DNA of 40,249 nucleotides from Anaerohalosphaeraceae bacterium (lineage in GTDB: Bacteria > Planctomycetota > Phycisphaerae > Sedimentisphaerales > Anaerohalosphaeraceae). A program made the position numbers and the translations under genes. The DNA is taken from NCBI GenBank assembly GCA_050309605.1, contig JBNRMN010000071.1, forward strand, positions 1 through 40,249, in the 5' to 3' direction. This document shows positions 35,153 to 40,249 of the stretch, piece after piece (position 1 is the stretch's first letter; each line of letters begins with the position of its first letter). The notes under the pieces are model-generated. The model saw only the letters and a list, made by a program, of their open reading frames with translations. It searched no databases and was not told the origin of the DNA.

Positions 35153-36530
35153 TGCGATGCATCAGATAAACCGTGCGCAGCGTATCGGCCACCGTCGCCC
35201 GTTCAAGGATGCGGTAACGGGCACCGAACGCCTCTTCAAACCGCTGCTGCGTATAGTTCGGAAAAATGTCATAGCGCGACGCCAGCAGACGCTGCGCCTG
35301 CGTGTCCTCTTTGGGAACAAATTCGATAATCAGCCAGGGACCCAACGTCGCCAGAAACCGCGCGATGCGGGGCAGCGGCAGATTATTCGACAGCGCCAGA
35401 TGATGAATCAGCGCCAGCGCCAGCACCGCCTCCGCCGGACCGCGCTGCCGCAGCGACAGCCGTTCTTCATGCGCCCAGCCCAGCGCCGGACTTGGATTGC
35501 AAATATCCAGCAGCAGGGGAAGGATGTTTGGGGTTTTGTTTTGTTTTACCCATCGGTAATTCTGCTCCACGGCGGCGGCGTCAATATCCAGCGACACAAC
35601 CTGCGAGCCGGCCTCGGCGGCCAGTCGGCTAAAGACGCCGGTATTGGCGCCAATGTCCCACGTGGTTGTCGGCCCGATGCGCTTCAGGAAATCGCTTACG
35701 ATGCGCTTTTTGGCCTCCATGGCCTGATCGGAATAATTGGTCTGGTTGTAATAATCGCCCCAGACCGTTCCGGCCGGACGCCAGGAGAGCTTGCGCACGG
35801 CGGTGGTGAGACTGTCAATCAATCCAAGAAAGCCCAGGCGTGAAATCTTCTGCTGTGTGGCCGGCTTTAACGCTTCATCGGCATAACGCTGCTGACTTTT
35901 GGCGTGCAGGTGAATATGCATCAGCAAACCGGGATTGAGCCAGGTTCGCGACGGCAGCAGACGCGAGGCCAGATCCAGCGGCACGCCGTCAATGTTCGTT
36001 CGCAGCAGCCGACGCAGCCGAATATCGCAATGGCTCATCAGGGCAAGCGGCGCCAGAAAATGCTGACAAAACTGCCGATACGCCACCCACGGACGGCCGG
36101 GTTTGTAGATTTCAAACGACAGCGTATCAATGAACACAGGTTTGCCGTTATGAAACTGAACATTATAGGCCGAGGCGTCTTTGAGCGTCATCCCGTGCTC
36201 GAAAGCGACTTTCTGAATCTTCAGCGTCGTCAGCGCCGCGTCTTTGAGCTGGCTGAACGCCCACTCATACGGATAAGAAACAAACCGAATCCGCTCCGGC
36301 TCAATCACACAGCAAGCCTGAGCGGTCAGCGCCAGATCGAGATCCGCTTGCTGATGCGGAATCAGCAGCCCCCTGGCCGTCAGGATATCGTAGAGACCCG
36401 AGTGGTGCAACTGGTCCCAATGCGGCTGATAAAGGGTGTTGATCTGGCGATAGATACGGCTGTCGTAAGTAAATAAAAAACCGCTCGGGTCGCGAAACGA
36501 CGAAGAAATCGATTTAAGACTGCTGGTCAT
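35133..36530 (-). CDS. NoeA-like protein: kinase-like N-domain plus SAM-dependent methyltransferase
   Basis: SFRDPSG, YPYEW, LKDASAYNVQF, FIDTLSF, then WDIGANTG and LALALIHHL. ATG at 36530. Confidence 0.8.
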   Translation of the reverse strand: MTSSLKSISSSFRDPSGFLFTYDSRIYRQINTLYQPHWDQLHHSGLYDILTARGLLIPHQQADLDLALTAQACCVIEPERIRFVSYPYEWAFSQLKDAALTTLKIQKVAFEHGMTLKDASAYNVQFHNGKPVFIDTLSFEIYKPGRPWVAYRQFCQHFLAPLALMSHCDIRLRRLLRTNIDGVPLDLASRLLPSRTWLNPGLLMHIHLHAKSQQRYADEALKPATQQKISRLGFLGLIDSLTTAVRKLSWRPAGTVWGDYYNQTNYSDQAMEAKKRIVSDFLKRIGPTTTWDIGANTGVFSRLAAEAGSQVVSLDIDAAAVEQNYRWVKQNKTPNILPLLLDICNPSPALGWAHEERLSLRQRGPAEAVLALALIHHLALSNNLPLPRIARFLATLGPWLIIEFVPKEDTQAQRLLASRYDIFPNYTQQRFEEAFGARYRILERATVADTLRTVYLMHRNESKTS

Positions 36531-36765
36531 CGTCTTTGTGCTTTTTCCTCGAAAACGTCGAAACCACAAACGCCTTGATATACCCCCAGAACAGCTTGAC
36601 CGCAAAACCCGCTCCGACCAGTCCAGCAATCAAAAGCTGAAAAATATAGCTTCCGGTTCCCGGATCCAGATACGCCAGCGGACAGTGCCCCCACGCCTGA
36701 GACGGCACACACAACACCCCCGCCAATAATACGATAAGGCCGAGTTTTTTATACGATTTTCCCAT
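36514..36765 (-). CDS. Small membrane protein with AYLDPGTGS motif
   Basis: Signal-like N-terminus, AYLDPGTGSYIFQLL, TM helix and basic/acidic tail. GGAG RBS. Overlaps the noeA-like start by 17 bp. Confidence 0.8.
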   Translation of the reverse strand: MGKSYKKLGLIVLLAGVLCVPSQAWGHCPLAYLDPGTGSYIFQLLIAGLVGAGFAVKLFWGYIKAFVVSTFSRKKHKDDDQQS

Positions 36766-36829
36766 TTCTCCAGATCGTTTATAACGGAACATCTTACTAT
36801 ACCAAAATTCGGCTCAAAAAGAGAACAAA

Positions 36830-37561
36830 TTAACCGGATAATTTGGCTTTTTCCCCTTCCGCTTGTTCGTTTTGTACGGATTGTAAGGCTTGGGCCTTGA
36901 TGGACATATCCAGTTGCCAAAGGTATTTTTGGGTCCGGAAACAGACAAACACCAGAAAAAGGATCGCCGCGACCAGCATCCAGGGCAGCAGCCGTTCGAT
37001 CCAGGCCGTGCCGAAGACAATCAGTGCGGTATTCAGCGCGATAAACCACAGCCGCATCTCTGTCGGGCCGGTCGCCAGATAGGTAATCTTGAATTCACCG
37101 GTCGCCCCGAAGCCCAGAAACGAGGCAATCATAAAGCCCGCACACACCGGAATCAGCAGATAAACCCACGCGCGCCCGGCCTGGGTCTGCGCCAACAAGG
37201 CATACCCGATCAGAATTGCACACAAAAACACATAATCCAGCAGGTGATCCATATAAAAGCCCCACTTGACCAGACCGGTGTTTTTGTGGCGTCCGATGGC
37301 CCCGTCAAAGGCGTCGGTAAACCATTGCAGCGCAATCATCAGGCTGCTGAGCCACAGCCAGTGCAGATTGCCGCTGATCCCGGCCAGATACCCGAAGCCG
37401 ATCAGCCCGACGCACCAGGGAATCGTCAGCAGCGTCAGGTGCCACGTCTGGACCCACGACGGAAAATAAGGCGTCAGCCATTGAATAAACCGCTTTTCAT
37501 ACGGCGCCAGCAGCGTTCGCATTGGCGCCTTGCCCGCACAGCCGCTTGAATAATCTGCCAT
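36830..37561 (-). CDS. CDP-alcohol phosphatidyltransferase family protein
   Basis: Signature DAFDGAIGR...GFYMDHLLD with multiple TM segments. TAAGGAG RBS. Confidence 0.9.
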   Translation of the reverse strand: MADYSSGCAGKAPMRTLLAPYEKRFIQWLTPYFPSWVQTWHLTLLTIPWCVGLIGFGYLAGISGNLHWLWLSSLMIALQWFTDAFDGAIGRHKNTGLVKWGFYMDHLLDYVFLCAILIGYALLAQTQAGRAWVYLLIPVCAGFMIASFLGFGATGEFKITYLATGPTEMRLWFIALNTALIVFGTAWIERLLPWMLVAAILFLVFVCFRTQKYLWQLDMSIKAQALQSVQNEQAEGEKAKLSG

Positions 37562-37615
37562 TGCGTGTCTCCTTATTGGGGCCTCTGATTTTTGAAAAAG
37601 GCAAGCGTTGGATTT

Positions 37616-37643
37616 ATCCTATTTTCGGTCTTCTTTTTGTCAA
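37616..37643 (-). promoter_or_regulatory. Putative promoter of the CDP-alcohol transferase operon
   Basis: Minus strand TTGACA-N16-TAGGAT. Confidence 0.45.
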
Positions 37644-37705
37644 GATCAATCTTGCCGGGCCAGTGAAAAGGACTGCTATTACCGGATAAAAGACAGAGAA
37701 AACTG

Positions 37706-37734
37706 TTGGCACAGGCCGCGGCCTGCGTTAGAAT
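37706..37734 (+). promoter_or_regulatory. Putative comM promoter with a dyad in the spacer
   Basis: TTGGCA-N17-TAGAAT. The spacer contains the perfect palindrome CAGGCCGCGGCCTG. Confidence 0.5.
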
Positions 37735-37787
37735 AGGCAGACTGTATTCAAACCGGAGCGAAACACGAGCACAACAGGGAGACTGCG

Positions 37788-39317
37788 ATGCTGGCGCGAT
37801 TGTACTCGGTCACACTGGAAGGGATCGATGGGATTTTATGCGAGGTGGAGGTGGATGTCTCGCGGGGCGGTTTTGAAAAACCCGTGATTGTCGGGCTGCC
37901 GGATGCGGCGGTCAAGGAGAGCATCGAGCGGGTTCGCAGCGCGGTGGTCAACTCCGGCTACAGCTTTCCCAACGTTCAGCCGCTGATCAATCTGGCCCCG
38001 GCGGACATCAAAAAGGCGGGTCCGGCGTTCGATTTGCCCATTGCGCTGGGGATTATGGGCTGTGCCGGGGGATTGGTCAGCGACAAACTGGGCGATTATG
38101 TGATCATCGGCGAATTGGCGCTGGACGGGCGCGTCCGACCGGTCAACGGCGTGCTGAGTATGGCCATGACCGCCGCGGCTAATGGCTACAAGGGCATCCT
38201 CGTGCCGTTGGACAATGCCGCCGAGGCCGCCGTCGTCGAGGGGCTGGAGGTCATCGCGGTCGGCTCACTGGCCCAGGCGGCCGGATTCCTGGCCGAGGCG
38301 ATTGAGATCGAGCCGACGACATTGGATATCGATTCGTTGTTCGAGCAGGCCGGGGCCTATCCGGTCGATTTTGCGGATGTCAAAGGGCAGGAAAGCGTCA
38401 AGCGTGCCCTGACCATCGCCGCAGCCGGCGGGCATAATGTGATGATGATCGGCCCGCCGGGCGCGGGCAAGACCATGCTGGCCCAGCGGATGGCGACCAT
38501 CTTGCCGCCGCTGTCGCTGGCCGAGTCGCTGGAAACCACGCGGGTCTATTCGTCGGTGGGACTGCTGGCCAAAGGCCAAGCCCTCGTCGCCACCCGGCCG
38601 GTGCGCACGCCGCACCATACCGCCTCAGGCCCGTCGCTGGTCGGGGGCGGAACGTATCCGCGGCCGGGGGAGCTGAGCCTGGCGCATCATGGAATTCTGT
38701 TTTTGGATGAGTTTGCCGAGTTTCAGCGGCACATTCTTGAGATGATTCGCCAGCCGCTGGAAGAAGGGGCGGTAACCATCTCCCGCGCCAAGGGCACGCT
38801 GCGCTTTCCGGCCGATTTCATTATGATCGCCGCGATGAACCCCTGTCCGTGCGGCTATTACGGCACGCATATCCGCCGCTGCAAATGCACACCGGGACAG
38901 ATTGAGCGGTATATGGGCAAGGTCTCCGGACCGCTGTTGGATCGGATTGATATTCACGTCGAAGTGCCGCCGGTGGCGTTTCGCCAGCTCCGCGGCCGCA
39001 GCAACGGACAGGATTCAAAAACCCTGCGGCAACAGGTGCTGGCCGCCCGCGCCCGTCAGGCCGACCGCTTCGGCGCCGAACGGATGATGACCAATGCGTC
39101 AATGACGCATAAGGACGTGGAGACGTTCTGCCGACTGGACGAGGCCGGCGAGCAGATGCTCAAACACGCCATGAGCGAGTTCGCCCTCAGCGCCCGGGCA
39201 CACGACAAAATCTGCAAAGTCGCCCGCACCATCGCCGACCTGGAAAACTGCCCCGACCTCCAGCCCCAGCACATCGCCGAAGCCGTCGGCTACCGAAGGC
39301 TGGACAGAAAGGTGTAA
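37788..39317 (+). CDS. comM: YifB/ComM Mg-chelatase-like AAA+ ATPase
   Basis: VGLPD, INLAPAD, FDLPIA, GPPGAGKT, PGELSLAHHGILFLDE, MNPCPCG, SGPLLDRID and ARTIADL. Confidence 0.95.
   Translation: MLARLYSVTLEGIDGILCEVEVDVSRGGFEKPVIVGLPDAAVKESIERVRSAVVNSGYSFPNVQPLINLAPADIKKAGPAFDLPIALGIMGCAGGLVSDKLGDYVIIGELALDGRVRPVNGVLSMAMTAAANGYKGILVPLDNAAEAAVVEGLEVIAVGSLAQAAGFLAEAIEIEPTTLDIDSLFEQAGAYPVDFADVKGQESVKRALTIAAAGGHNVMMIGPPGAGKTMLAQRMATILPPLSLAESLETTRVYSSVGLLAKGQALVATRPVRTPHHTASGPSLVGGGTYPRPGELSLAHHGILFLDEFAEFQRHILEMIRQPLEEGAVTISRAKGTLRFPADFIMIAAMNPCPCGYYGTHIRRCKCTPGQIERYMGKVSGPLLDRIDIHVEVPPVAFRQLRGRSNGQDSKTLRQQVLAARARQADRFGAERMMTNASMTHKDVETFCRLDEAGEQMLKHAMSEFALSARAHDKICKVARTIADLENCPDLQPQHIAEAVGYRRLDRKV
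39259..39315 (+). repeat. 57-bp direct repeat, copy 1 (3' end of comM)
   Basis: tccagccccagcacatcgccgaagccgtcggctaccgaaggctggacagaaaggtgt, identical to 39876-39932. Confidence 0.97.
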
Positions 39318-39377
39318 TGTCTTGTTTGATAACGCTTTTGAACTTAACGTTATTTTGTTATAATACGGGGAAGTATA

Positions 39378-39623
39378 ATGCCAACGGTATTTCGATACAA
39401 AGGGTATAGATTTTTCTTTTATTCGAATGAGGGGATGCCGCCGGAGCCGTTGCATATTCATGTCAGAAAAGGCGAACAGGTCGCCAAAATCTGGCTTGAA
39501 CCGGAAATTGTCGTGGACCATTCTTATGGAATGAGATCCTCTGAATTAAAAGAATTGTGTGCAATTGTTGCCGACAATAAGCAATTGATTCGGGAGTTTT
39601 GGAATGAACACTTTAACGACTGA
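39378..39623 (+). CDS. DUF4160 domain protein (putative toxin-antitoxin partner)
   Basis: MPTVFRYKGYRFFFYSNE...EPLHIHV...AKIWL...WNEHF. Confidence 0.9.
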   Translation: MPTVFRYKGYRFFFYSNEGMPPEPLHIHVRKGEQVAKIWLEPEIVVDHSYGMRSSELKELCAIVADNKQLIREFWNEHFND

Positions 39624-39864
39624 GCCGTCCGCAAAAAATGTGCGGTTCGATGACGACAGTTTGTGGGTGGAATTGAACGACGGCCGCGTGTTGGGCGTCC
39701 CGCTCGCCTATTTCCCCCGCCTGCTCAACGCCACTTTGAAGCAGCGCCAAAACTGCATCATCAGCGGCGGCGGAACAGGCCTTCACTGGGAAGAGCTGGA
39801 TGAGGATATTTGCGTCAAATCGCTGCTGTTGGGCGTCGGCGACAGAACCCGCAAGATGAGTTAG
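39604..39864 (+). CDS. DUF2442 domain protein (putative toxin-antitoxin partner)
   Basis: LWVELNDGRVLGVPLAYFPRLLNAT...GLHWEELDEDI. Overlaps DUF4160 by 20 bp. Confidence 0.9.
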   Translation: MNTLTTEPSAKNVRFDDDSLWVELNDGRVLGVPLAYFPRLLNATLKQRQNCIISGGGTGLHWEELDEDICVKSLLLGVGDRTRKMS

Positions 39865-39875
39865 TGCCATCACCA

Positions 39876-39932
39876 TCCAGCCCCAGCACATCGCCGAAGC
39901 CGTCGGCTACCGAAGGCTGGACAGAAAGGTGT
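39876..39932 (+). repeat. 57-bp direct repeat, copy 2 (orphan comM 3' end)
   Basis: Identical to 39259-39315. It ends in TGA rather than TAA and encodes QPQHIAEAVGYRRLDRKV*. Confidence 0.97.
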
Positions 39933-40249
39933 GACCACCTGTGAACCGCAAACACAAAAACAACAAGACGTCAGGTTCGCCACCCCGGCACCCACAAGCT
40001 CCGCTTGAAGGTGCCACCCAAATCAGTCCAAATCGAATTTGGAAGACAAATGCAACCTTGCAGAGGTCACCCGTCGACCGTTTGATTTCACGTAAGAACA
40101 AGGAATTTGAAAGATTGTTATTATGTAAGATTTTAGCCGTTTGAAGCAAAAATTTTAAAAATTCTTTGAAAAATTCATATTTTAGACTTGCGCCATCCTG
40201 TATTTTGAGTATTGTTTCGTGTAATGAAACAACGCACGGAACAATCTGT

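Larger units (their letters stand above)
39259..39932. mobile_element. Mini-islet or cassette (617-bp period) at the comM 3' end carrying DUF4160-DUF2442
   Basis: Two-gene module bracketed by perfect direct repeats of the host gene end. Its left part is AT-richer. No recombinase gene inside. Confidence 0.6.

Noticed and set aside
39907..40149. ORFs 39907-40149 (-) and 39941-40144 (+)
   Set aside because: No RBS or recognisable motifs, and one overlaps the repeat. The region looks like AT-rich intergenic or promoter DNA for a gene beyond the window.

Overview
A GC-rich, gene-dense bacterial chromosome segment from what looks like an anaerobic diderm. The gene set and style suggest Planctomycetota/Phycisphaerae, but that is inference only. 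In order, the window holds: (1) an orphan-looking N4/N6 DNA methyltransferase; (2) an aryl-acid uptake and assimilation cluster (small accessory protein, Na+:solute symporter, outer-membrane beta-barrel, iorA, iorB, paaK, ACT protein, second paaK); (3) an amidohydrolase, an archaeal-type radical SAM protein, a Nif3-like protein and scpB; (4) decayed remnants of a tcmP/DUF5131 pair; (5) nadB, a 59-aa ORF missed by the track, bioD, a probable blaI remnant and a sigma-70 factor; (6) a methyltransferase, apt, aroB, a membrane protein, rpsA and ispH; (7) a divergon with rex plus a four-subunit group 3b [NiFe]-hydrogenase on one side and an ArsR-family regulator plus a CoA-disulfide reductase-rhodanese-TusA-DsrE fusion on the other, with three Rex boxes and an ArsR-type palindrome between them; (8) a putative cell-surface modification operon (CDP-alcohol phosphotransferase, AYLDPGTGS small protein, NoeA-like kinase-methyltransferase, membrane sulfatase-fold enzyme); (9) comM followed by a DUF4160/DUF2442 pair bracketed by a perfect 57-bp duplication of the comM 3' end. 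I found no rRNA, tRNA, CRISPR array, transposase or integrase. All family assignments come from motif recognition by eye; no database search was run.
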